Positions 9,254-17,724 of a stretch of DNA of 64,000 nt are shown here, one piece after another. The translations under genes were made by a program, and so were the position numbers. Each line of letters begins with the position of its first letter. Positions within the stretch are counted from its first letter, which is position 1. The notes beneath the pieces were generated by a model. That model ran no database searches, was not told where the DNA came from, and saw nothing but the letters and a program-made list of their open reading frames with translations. The stretch is taken from NCBI GenBank assembly GCA_046331265.1, contig JAXLRE010000009.1, positions 8,349 to 72,348 on the forward strand, written 5' to 3'. The DNA is from Acidimicrobiia bacterium. GTDB lineage: Bacteria; Actinomycetota; Acidimicrobiia; IMCC26256; JAGPDB01.

Positions 9254-10727
9254 TCCTGGCGTCTTGCATGATGCTGATCGTGGCGGAAGCATTACTTTTC
9301 ATGGACCTGGTCAATTAGTAGGTTATCCAATTATTTCAGTTGGGCAAACACGAGGTGATCTCAGAGGCTCTTTAACTTTTATTAGGACTCTGCAAGAGCT
9401 ATTAATCGAATCATTAGAAATATTAGGTGTACCAGCAATATCAAAAGAAGGGTACACCGGTGTCTGGGTTGATACAGGCGAAGGTCAACCAGAATTTTTT
9501 AGATACAAAAAATTAGCTGCAATAGGTGTAAAAGTAGCTCAGGGTAAAACTATTCATGGTTTTGCACTAAATGTTTCTACAGATTTAAATGCATTTGAAA
9601 AAATTATTCCTTGTGGAATCTATGAATATAAAGCAACCTCTTTAGAAGAATTGGGTTATGAACATATATCACAAGATGAGATTATAGAAACGATTACAAA
9701 AGTATTTATAGAGAAATTTAATTTTGATCATGTTGATATTGCATCGACTCTAAATATTGAAAACACACAGGCAACAATATCTAATTTTTCATCTGAATCT
9801 TTTTCACCAGCACAACCTAGCTTGCGTTTACTGGGTCGATTGTCAAAAGCAGGTGTTGCTGTTGACAAAACAAAAGATAGAAGAGATCGACCTGAATGGA
9901 TGAAAAACAAAGCTATTCAAAGCGAAGGATTCCTAGAGCTAAAGAAACTTTCAAAAGATTTAAAGCTAAATACAGTATGTGAAGAAGCAGGTTGCCCAAA
10001 CATTTATGAATGTTGGGAAAGTAAAACAGCAACATTCATGATTTTAGGAGAACGTTGTACTCGAGCATGTAGTTTTTGTTTAGTAGATACTAGAAAACCA
10101 TTTGCGCCTGATGAAAATGAACCAGAAAACGTAGCAACAGCAATTGCAGAACTGAAACTAGAATTTGCTGTTATAACATGTGTCGCTCGTGATGATCTTT
10201 ATGACGATGGAGCGAATCAATTTGCAGAAACAGTTAAAGCAATTCGTCGAAAGTCACCTAACACAGGAATAGAACTTTTGATTTCTGATTGTAAAGGCAA
10301 AGACGAATCTTTAAAAATTATTTTTGATGAAAAGCCTGATGTGCTAAATCACAATATAGAAACAGTTGCAAGATTACAAAAAGCAGTTAGGCCAAGTGCC
10401 AGCTATGCACGATCCCTTTCAGTTTTAGCTAGAGCAAAAGCTGCTGGTCTAAAAACTAAAAGCGGAATAATTGTCGGAATGGGCGAGACAAACGGGGAGA
10501 TATACCAGACGTTAATCGATTTAAAAAATGTTGGTGTAGATGTTGTGACTATAGGGCAGTATTTACAACCCACTCCTAAGCATTTGCCTGTTCATAGGTT
10601 CGTAAATATTAAAGAGTTCAATGAATTTGCTGATTATGGCCATAAAATTGGAATAAACCACGTCGAATCAGGTCCTTTAGTCCGTAGCTCTTACCATGCA
10701 AAAGAAGCAGCACAAGGTACAAATTAG
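9243..10727 (+). CDS. lipA: LipB (C-terminal two-thirds) fused in frame to lipoyl synthase LipA
   Basis: Residues 1-165 are the LipB core (DRGGSITFHGPGQLVGYPI, KLAAIGVKV, PCGI). After a roughly 35-aa linker comes a full LipA: CEEAGCPNIYEC auxiliary-cluster motif, CTRACSFC radical-SAM motif and C-terminal RSSY. There is no stop codon between the two parts. The listed start is TTG. Confidence 0.85.
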   Translation: MLVSPGVLHDADRGGSITFHGPGQLVGYPIISVGQTRGDLRGSLTFIRTLQELLIESLEILGVPAISKEGYTGVWVDTGEGQPEFFRYKKLAAIGVKVAQGKTIHGFALNVSTDLNAFEKIIPCGIYEYKATSLEELGYEHISQDEIIETITKVFIEKFNFDHVDIASTLNIENTQATISNFSSESFSPAQPSLRLLGRLSKAGVAVDKTKDRRDRPEWMKNKAIQSEGFLELKKLSKDLKLNTVCEEAGCPNIYECWESKTATFMILGERCTRACSFCLVDTRKPFAPDENEPENVATAIAELKLEFAVITCVARDDLYDDGANQFAETVKAIRRKSPNTGIELLISDCKGKDESLKIIFDEKPDVLNHNIETVARLQKAVRPSASYARSLSVLARAKAAGLKTKSGIIVGMGETNGEIYQTLIDLKNVGVDVVTIGQYLQPTPKHLPVHRFVNIKEFNEFADYGHKIGINHVESGPLVRSSYHAKEAAQGTN

Positions 10728-10752
10728 ACATAAATCAGGATTTTTTCTCAAA

Positions 10753-10777
10753 AAATGCTCTTGATCTGAGCATTTTG
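10753..10777 (+). terminator. Weak hairpin downstream of lipA
   Basis: AAATGCTC (10753-10760), loop TTGATCT, GAGCATTT (10768-10775), then T and G. The stem is AT-rich and the T tract short. Confidence 0.3.
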
Positions 10778-10795
10778 TAGGCCGATATCGTATAG

Positions 10796-13177
10796 GTGAA
10801 GGTTCAGGGGATATTAAATAAGACAAACTTAAAAAAGGTCTTAGTTATCAGCTCAATATTATTAGTGATTTGTGTATCTACGTCGATTGTTTATGTTGGA
10901 ATATCAAATAACAGTAAAAATGATATTAAAAGTAGTTTCACAAAAAGAGTTGAAAAGATAAGAGAAGAAGTTGGACGTGAAGCTATTAGATATCAAAATC
11001 TAGTAGCAACAGTTGGAGCTTTTTTCAATGCATCTGATCGTGTATCGCCAAGTGAGTTCGATCTATTTATTAATGGTTTAGGAACCGAAAATACTTATCC
11101 TGGAGTTAAAGGTATTGCTTATGCACAACGTATGGATGGTTCAGAAAAAGCAGAAGCAATTAAGCAAACTAAAGAACTTGGAATTAACCTAAATATTGAA
11201 CCTTCAGATTTGCCAGGTGAGCACGCGACGCTTTTATATATAAATCCTGACAACAAACAAGTTCCTACAGGCATGGATGCCTATATTGTTCCAGGAGGTA
11301 AAGAAGGATTAGTTAAAGCATCACAAACAAGCGCAGTTGTTGCTAGCTCACCCATGAGCTTTAACGTAAGTTCAAAACTTACAAATGGGTTCGTAATGGC
11401 ATATCCTGTAACACATGGTGCACCTATAAATGTGAGTTCAAATGCAAATCAAAAATTCTCTGGATGGGTATTTGCATTTATCGATTTTTCATCAGTGCTT
11501 CCAACCTTGAACTCTCTTAAAGATATTGATATTCGTATTTTCGATACAGATACTAATAAAAATTTAGTTTTACCAACTACAAATCAAAAATCTAAATATA
11601 AATCCACATTTACTTTTACAACAGGAACGAGAGAATACACAGCTGTTGTAACACCAAATAAAAAATTTATTAGTTCTTCATATGACAAAGAAAAAGCATT
11701 TAGATATGCATTCTTGGTTGCAAATGTTGAGTTTGTAGCTTTACTTTTAGCCATACTATTTTTGATGCATAAAGTTCGAAGAAGACGCGAAGTTAACTTA
11801 ACCTTCCAAGCTGGACACGACTCATTAACTGGGCTTCCAAACAGGTTCTACTTAGAACGATGGCTATCTGAAAAAATAACTGCTCCTGTACATCGACAAC
11901 CAAAAGTAGCAGTTTTATTTATTGACTTAGATGGGTTCAAAGCCATTAATGACACATTAGGTCATCAAATGGGTGATGAGTTTTTAATGGCGATAGCTCG
12001 CAGATTACAAAAAGAAGTAAGAGGAAAAGACGTATTAGCAAGACTTGGTGGTGATGAATTTATTGTTGTATTAGAAGAAGTAAGCGATGAGATTCAAGCT
12101 ACAAGAATTGCGCAAAGACTTATAGAAGTTGTCAGATTCCCTGTAATGCTTGATTCTGGTCCAGTATGTGTTTCAGCAAGTATTGGAATTGCGATAGTTC
12201 AATTAGATGCAAATAGTGATTCATCTTCAATTATTCGATTTGCTGATGCAGCTATGTATGCAGCAAAACAGGATAAGAACGAAAGAATTCGAGTCTTTGA
12301 TCACAAATTGAAATCAATTGTCGATGGACGACATGAAGTTGAAGTTTCAATTAAGGGCGCTGCAACTCGTTCAGAAATTGTTGATGTTTTACAGCCGTTA
12401 GTAAATGTTTCTGATGGAACAACTTACGGATATGAAGCACTTTGTCGATGGTCGCATCCAGTGTTTGGAATTTTAACTCCAGATCAATTCTTAGATGCAG
12501 CAAAAGTAACGGGTGAAATTATTGAGATTGATCGTTGGATGGTGAATAAAGCATTTGATAATGCAATAAAACTATCAAACACATCTAACCGTGATACAAG
12601 AATATGGGTTAACTTGTCAGTTAGACACTTAATACAAGGAGAGTTTTATCAACATGTTTTGAAAGCGCTTCGTAATAGTGAAACAACTGCAGATAAGCTT
12701 GGTGTAGAAATAGAAGAAGAAGTATTCAAAATAGATAATGGACTTCTGTATCCGTTTTTAAGTCAGTTGCGTGATCTAGGCATATTGATTGCATTAGATG
12801 ATTTTGGTTCCGAAGAGGCATCGTTGCAAGCTTTGAAACGATATCCATACGATGTTATTAAATTAGATAGATCATTAATTACTGATTTTGCTCAAAATCC
12901 TTCAGCTTCGATTGTTCCAGCTGTTGTTGAAATTGCAAGAAGTTCCGACATGACAGTTGTTGCTTCTGGAGTTGAAACACCAGATCAGTTACAAAAGGTT
13001 ATAGATATTGGCTGTAATGTTGTCCAGGGATATGTATTTTCTGAACCTAAGTTGATTGATGATTTAATTGATCAGGAAGAAAACTTCCATTGGCCACTTC
13101 CTCTAGGTGTTAAAAGAACAATTTCACGTACAAAATCAGGCGATAATTCAATTAATTCTGCAGCTAGAGAAGCTTAA
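10796..13177 (+). CDS. Membrane sensor protein: CHASE-like extracytoplasmic domain, GGDEF and (degenerate?) EAL domains
   Basis: N-terminal TM helix, then an extracytoplasmic region with a CHASE-like SDRVSPSEFDLF...PGVKGIAYAQR segment, then a second TM. GGDEF domain has RLGGDEF with an RGKD I-site. EAL domain has YEALCRW, but DDFGSEEAS and SGVET replace the usual DDFGTGYSS and EGVE. GTG start. Confidence 0.85.
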   Translation: MKVQGILNKTNLKKVLVISSILLVICVSTSIVYVGISNNSKNDIKSSFTKRVEKIREEVGREAIRYQNLVATVGAFFNASDRVSPSEFDLFINGLGTENTYPGVKGIAYAQRMDGSEKAEAIKQTKELGINLNIEPSDLPGEHATLLYINPDNKQVPTGMDAYIVPGGKEGLVKASQTSAVVASSPMSFNVSSKLTNGFVMAYPVTHGAPINVSSNANQKFSGWVFAFIDFSSVLPTLNSLKDIDIRIFDTDTNKNLVLPTTNQKSKYKSTFTFTTGTREYTAVVTPNKKFISSSYDKEKAFRYAFLVANVEFVALLLAILFLMHKVRRRREVNLTFQAGHDSLTGLPNRFYLERWLSEKITAPVHRQPKVAVLFIDLDGFKAINDTLGHQMGDEFLMAIARRLQKEVRGKDVLARLGGDEFIVVLEEVSDEIQATRIAQRLIEVVRFPVMLDSGPVCVSASIGIAIVQLDANSDSSSIIRFADAAMYAAKQDKNERIRVFDHKLKSIVDGRHEVEVSIKGAATRSEIVDVLQPLVNVSDGTTYGYEALCRWSHPVFGILTPDQFLDAAKVTGEIIEIDRWMVNKAFDNAIKLSNTSNRDTRIWVNLSVRHLIQGEFYQHVLKALRNSETTADKLGVEIEEEVFKIDNGLLYPFLSQLRDLGILIALDDFGSEEASLQALKRYPYDVIKLDRSLITDFAQNPSASIVPAVVEIARSSDMTVVASGVETPDQLQKVIDIGCNVVQGYVFSEPKLIDDLIDQEENFHWPLPLGVKRTISRTKSGDNSINSAAREA

Positions 13178-13199
13178 ACGTTACAACATATAATTTAGA

Positions 13200-13955
13200 G
13201 TGATTTTTAGCGTCAGCTCTGTTTGCATTGCATATTGTTTGGGTGTTTTAGTCTCAACCTTCTATATACGAACAAGACTATTAGTTGGTGCTGGCTTTTT
13301 CTGGATGATGTACGCTACATCGGGGAGTTTTTCTTTATTTAGTGTCATCTCGTCAGACGAAAAAATAAAAATACTGTCTATTATTTTACTTTTACTATGT
13401 TTTATGAATTTAATAATAACAATAGTGAAAAGAAACATTGTAAAAAGTCAGAAAATAACTTTAGAAAATATAATTAATGTTATATCGATATTGCTTTCAG
13501 TATTGATCCTATTTATAACAGCTAATCAGAAATTTCAAAATTACAAACTCTTAATCGAAACCACTAGGTTAGTAATTGGTGGCACAGTTCTAGGTGGCAT
13601 AACAACTACGATGCTTTTAGGACACTGGTATCTAGTACAGCCAGGTTTGACACGTAAGCCAATTTCTAAACTCACAAAAACTTTTATATTCGTTTTACTT
13701 GTAGATATATTGCTTTGGCTATTACCTAAATCAATGTTTCATGTAATTAATGGAACAATATCTGATGGTTGGGGAGGGACTCTCGGCTATATGTGGATTG
13801 GATCATGTGTAACAACATTGGCGTTATTGATCGCGGCGTACAAAGCTTTACAAGAAAAGAGTTATTCTGCAGTCATGGCAACTACCGGACTTTTGTACCT
13901 AGCAATCCTTGTTTCAAATGGTGTTGAACTAATCCCTAGAGCAATTTTTTCGTAG
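13200..13955 (+). CDS. Polytopic membrane protein, function unknown
   Basis: 251 aa with about 7 hydrophobic helices and host-like AT-rich third codon positions. TATAAT at 13189-13194 lies 5 nt upstream of the GTG start. Confidence 0.6.
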   Translation: MIFSVSSVCIAYCLGVLVSTFYIRTRLLVGAGFFWMMYATSGSFSLFSVISSDEKIKILSIILLLLCFMNLIITIVKRNIVKSQKITLENIINVISILLSVLILFITANQKFQNYKLLIETTRLVIGGTVLGGITTTMLLGHWYLVQPGLTRKPISKLTKTFIFVLLVDILLWLLPKSMFHVINGTISDGWGGTLGYMWIGSCVTTLALLIAAYKALQEKSYSAVMATTGLLYLAILVSNGVELIPRAIFS

Positions 13956-13998
13956 AAAATTATACTAGGCTCTTATCTACTAAATAAGAGAGGTTTAA

Positions 13999-15459
13999 AT
14001 GACTCAAGTTACATGGTCAAGTTCAAAATCTGAGGCAATTGCTGCTCCAGTCGAGATTTTAGCTATATTCGCTGATCTTAAAGTTTCTTCATCATCACAG
14101 AAAATTTTTGAAAGAGCAATTGGGAAAAATTTCAAAAAAACTTTATCGAATCTTAATTTTAAAGGTGATTGCGAATCTACGATTTTGCTTCAAGGTTCAA
14201 AACGACCTGTGCTCGTAGTTGGTTTAGGTGACGCTAAAAAATTAGATATGGCGAAACTTAGAAGAGCATGCGCTGCTGCAGGTAGAGCTGTGAGTTCATA
14301 TTCAGCTGCTGTTGCTGGATTTGGAGATATAGTTGCTGAACACCTTGATTCTAAAATCGTTGCAACTGCAATGTACGAAGGCTTTGCTCTTGGTACTTAT
14401 ACATACAGTGTTTATAAAAAGTCAAACGAAAAATCTTTGAAAAAAGTAACGATTTCAAATGTAACTAAAACATCTACAACGGCTGCGCTTAAAAGATCTA
14501 AAAGTATTTGCGATGGAGTGATATGGGCGCGAGATGCGATCAATACTCCGCCAAACGCAAAATCTCCAGCAGTTTTTGCATCACATATTCAAAAAAGTAT
14601 TGGTACAGCTAAAGTGAAAGTACAAATACTTGATGAAGCAGCAATTCGTCGTAAAAAAATGGCCGGTGTGATTGCTGTAGGTCAAGGATCAGAAAATCGT
14701 CCTCGTTTTGTACGGTTATCATATAAAGCCACTGGCGCTAAAAAGACATTGGCTTTTGTTGGTAAAGGTGTTGTATTCGATTCTGGTGGATTGTCGATTA
14801 AACCTGGCGATTCTATGACCACAATGAAATGTGACATGTCAGGTGCAGCTGCTGTTGTTGGCGCGCTTAAAGCAATTGCTGCAATTAAACCAAATGTGAA
14901 TGTTGAAGGCTACATTCCGCTGGTAGAAAATATGCCTTCAGGTTCAGCGTATAGAGTTGATGACATTATTTCTTATCGAAACGGCGTTACTGCAGAAATT
15001 CAAAATACAGATGCTGAAGGAAGATTGATTCTTGCAGATGCGTTAATTGAAGCATCTGATGATAAACCAAATGCCATTGTTGATTTAGCAACCTTAACAG
15101 GATCATGTGTTGTCGCATTAGGAGATTTAATTGCTGCTGCAATGAGCAATAACGACAAATTCAGATCGAAAGTATTAGATGCTGCTGAAAATGCTGGCGA
15201 ACGATTCTGGCCAATGCCTTTACCTGAAGACTACCGCGCACTCATAGATACGCCTGTTGCTAATGTTGCAAATGCGGGACCTCGTTGGGGAGGATCGCTC
15301 ACAGCTGGTTTGTTCTTAAAAGAATTTGTTAACAATGTTGATTGGTGTCATCTTGATATTGCTGGCCCAGCATTTCTTTCTAAAACAGATGGCGAAAATA
15401 CAGAAGGTGGAACAGGTTTCGGAATTAGAACACTGGTTCAACTTGCTGAGAACTTTTAA
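13999..15459 (+). CDS. pepA: Leucyl aminopeptidase (M17)
   Basis: VGKGVVFDSGG and NTDAEGRLILADAL M17 signatures. AGAGAGG Shine-Dalgarno sequence upstream. Confidence 0.92.
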   Translation: MTQVTWSSSKSEAIAAPVEILAIFADLKVSSSSQKIFERAIGKNFKKTLSNLNFKGDCESTILLQGSKRPVLVVGLGDAKKLDMAKLRRACAAAGRAVSSYSAAVAGFGDIVAEHLDSKIVATAMYEGFALGTYTYSVYKKSNEKSLKKVTISNVTKTSTTAALKRSKSICDGVIWARDAINTPPNAKSPAVFASHIQKSIGTAKVKVQILDEAAIRRKKMAGVIAVGQGSENRPRFVRLSYKATGAKKTLAFVGKGVVFDSGGLSIKPGDSMTTMKCDMSGAAAVVGALKAIAAIKPNVNVEGYIPLVENMPSGSAYRVDDIISYRNGVTAEIQNTDAEGRLILADALIEASDDKPNAIVDLATLTGSCVVALGDLIAAAMSNNDKFRSKVLDAAENAGERFWPMPLPEDYRALIDTPVANVANAGPRWGGSLTAGLFLKEFVNNVDWCHLDIAGPAFLSKTDGENTEGGTGFGIRTLVQLAENF

Positions 15460-15468
15460 TAATTAGAT

Positions 15469-15927
15469 ATGAAAACAAGATCACAACGACTGCTGATTCC
15501 AATTACTATCACGATTGTTGTGTTCTTGTTTTTAAGTAGTTGTGCAACCACAAAGACCTCAGATCAAGCAGCTCAAAAACAAAAATTGAAAGAACTTCGA
15601 GCTGAAAAGAAGTACAGAGAAACAACTATTGAAATGGGAGATAACTATTTCAAGCCACAAGAAATCCCTGTTAAACCAGGAACGATAGTTATTTGGAAAC
15701 ATGTAGGTCGAGCAATTCATGACGTGAAGTGGGATGGGGCACAGATCCATATTTCGAAAGAAGCTCCAAGCACTAAAAATGACAAGCATGATTTTTCAAG
15801 TGATGTTTTAAAACCTGGAGATATATATGTTTGGCTTTTCACTGAGACAGGAAAATACTATTACCATTGCCATTTTCATGGTGGTCCACAAAGCGGTCAG
15901 TGGGGCTTAATTACTGTTAAAAAATAA
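15469..15927 (+). CDS. Cupredoxin-fold (plastocyanin-like) copper-binding lipoprotein
   Basis: Lipobox FLFLSSC. Cupredoxin pattern: MGDNYFKPQEIPVKPGTIVIWKHVGRAIHDV ... GKYYYHCHFHGGPQSGQWGLITV, i.e. His ... Cys-x2-His. No Met follows at the usual spacing; Gln residues sit there instead. Confidence 0.7.
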   Translation: MKTRSQRLLIPITITIVVFLFLSSCATTKTSDQAAQKQKLKELRAEKKYRETTIEMGDNYFKPQEIPVKPGTIVIWKHVGRAIHDVKWDGAQIHISKEAPSTKNDKHDFSSDVLKPGDIYVWLFTETGKYYYHCHFHGGPQSGQWGLITVKK

Positions 15928-17064
15928 CTAAGGTAAACAGTATTGATCGTAATCTTTAATTACAGGTTTTGCACCCTCGCTGCAAGCTAGACATTCAGGA
16001 TTCTTTCTTACATTAAAAGTTTTATAAACCTGTTCTAACGTATCGAAGGCCAATAATCTTCCTACCAGTGGGTCGCCAATATTTAGTAAATATTTAATGG
16101 CTTCAAGTGCTTGCAAAGAACCGACTACACCAGGAAGTACACCTAGAACTCCAGCTTCAGCACAGCTTGGCGCTAATTCAGGTGGTGGCGGTTCAGGAAG
16201 CATGCATCTATAACAAGGTCCATGCTCTGGATCTAAAACAGTAACTTGTCCTTCAAATCTATATATAGATCCATGTATAACAGTTTTGTTATGCAGAACT
16301 GCAGCGTCATTAAGCATGTATCTAGTGGGGAAGTTATCTGTACCATCAACAATTACATCGTATTGCGAAATGATTTCAACAACATTGTTTGAATTTAATC
16401 TTTCATTATAAAGAATTACATTACAATCGGGATTTAACCCAAGTATTCTCGATTTTGCGGATTCTGTTTTACTCATTCCTACATTGTGAATAGAGTGAAT
16501 TATCTGGCGTTGCAAGTTTGATTTATCCACACTATCCATGTCGATAATGCCTAAAGTTCCCACACCTGCTGCAGCTAAATACATTGCTGCTGGTGATCCT
16601 AAGCCTCCTGCTCCAAGTAATAATACTTTTGAGTCAAAAAGTTTTTGCTGTCCTTCTTCTCCGACTTCAGCTAGTAAAATATGGCGTTGGTATCGTTCGT
16701 ATTGTTCATTAGATAGTGTTTTTGGTATCACAAACTTGTAGCCATCGTCTTTATATTTATTGAAACCACCAATTAAAGAAGAAACGTCGCTATACCCAAG
16801 TGTTCCTAACGATTGTGTTGCAAAAGCCGAACGAACACCAGATGCGCAGTAGATAAGTATTTTTGTGTCTTTTTCTGGAATACGATTTTCAATGTTCGTT
16901 TCTAAAATTCCTCTAGCAATTGTAATTGCGTTAGGAATTATTCCACCTTCTAGTTCAGAGGGCTCTCTAACATCAACAATTGTATAATCATCAAAATTAA
17001 TATTTGCCGACTCAACTTGCTTGATGTTGTCTTTTACTTGTGCAATTAAATCTTTAACGTTCAT
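15928..17064 (-). CDS. Rhodanese-MoeB/ThiF (E1-like adenylyltransferase/sulfurtransferase, MoeZ-like but with the rhodanese domain N-terminal)
   Basis: The N-terminal roughly 110 aa form a rhodanese domain with active-site loop YCASGVRS. Then comes a ThiF/MoeB domain with GAGGLGS and two Cys pairs (CYRC, CLAC). GGAGAAAC Shine-Dalgarno sequence upstream. Confidence 0.85.
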   Translation of the reverse strand: MNVKDLIAQVKDNIKQVESANINFDDYTIVDVREPSELEGGIIPNAITIARGILETNIENRIPEKDTKILIYCASGVRSAFATQSLGTLGYSDVSSLIGGFNKYKDDGYKFVIPKTLSNEQYERYQRHILLAEVGEEGQQKLFDSKVLLLGAGGLGSPAAMYLAAAGVGTLGIIDMDSVDKSNLQRQIIHSIHNVGMSKTESAKSRILGLNPDCNVILYNERLNSNNVVEIISQYDVIVDGTDNFPTRYMLNDAAVLHNKTVIHGSIYRFEGQVTVLDPEHGPCYRCMLPEPPPPELAPSCAEAGVLGVLPGVVGSLQALEAIKYLLNIGDPLVGRLLAFDTLEQVYKTFNVRKNPECLACSEGAKPVIKDYDQYCLP

Positions 17065-17109
17065 GTTTCTCCGATATCTACATATAGATTAGCGAAGATT
17101 TAAGACAAT

Positions 17110-17706
17110 TTATGCAACATTGCTTTGATCAGCGAGTTCTAATGCCTCAGCAATTATTGAAGGATGTAATCCTGTCGAATTTAAGATGTTTTTAACCTTT
17201 TGATTGTCATAATCTAGGGATTGGAGTTTGAGGACTAATTGTTTGATTTTTCTTCTAAAGGTTGAGATAGGTGATATCTCGAGCCGAGTTATCCATGCGT
17301 CGTGTTGCGTTCGAAGTGTATTGCTAAGTTTAGATATCTGAGTGATACCTAATTGAGGAACAATCTTTGGTATCAAATATTCGTTTGAATTTATTTGGTA
17401 GATAAGTTTGTTTCGTGAAAGTCGTATTAGTTGTTTTTGTATTGGTGATGAGTCTCCGCTTCTGTATCCCGTACCTAAAGATAGTGATAACTCTGCTTTT
17501 GATATATAAAAAGTTTGGGAGTTACTTAATGATTTCAAAGTTAAATTATTAATTAATAAAGTAGCCGTGGGTCCCAATAATGGCAGCCAGAATTGTTCTA
17601 TATAGCTGTCATATGCAAAAAAACTATGAAGTGAGTCATGTTCTATATAAGTTGGGTGAAATACATAAGAAGTGCTGACTAAATCCATGATAAAACAATA
17701 TAACAC
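17110..17706 (-). CDS. Hypothetical protein (possible winged-helix DNA-binding protein)
   Basis: 198-aa ORF 18 nt downstream of the large sensor gene on the same strand, with host-like codon usage. I recognise no motif securely. The listed start is GTG; an ATG lies 6 codons in. Confidence 0.5.
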   Translation of the reverse strand: MLYCFIMDLVSTSYVFHPTYIEHDSLHSFFAYDSYIEQFWLPLLGPTATLLINNLTLKSLSNSQTFYISKAELSLSLGTGYRSGDSSPIQKQLIRLSRNKLIYQINSNEYLIPKIVPQLGITQISKLSNTLRTQHDAWITRLEISPISTFRRKIKQLVLKLQSLDYDNQKVKNILNSTGLHPSIIAEALELADQSNVA

Positions 17707-17724
17707 AAGAAATTACAAGTCAAG

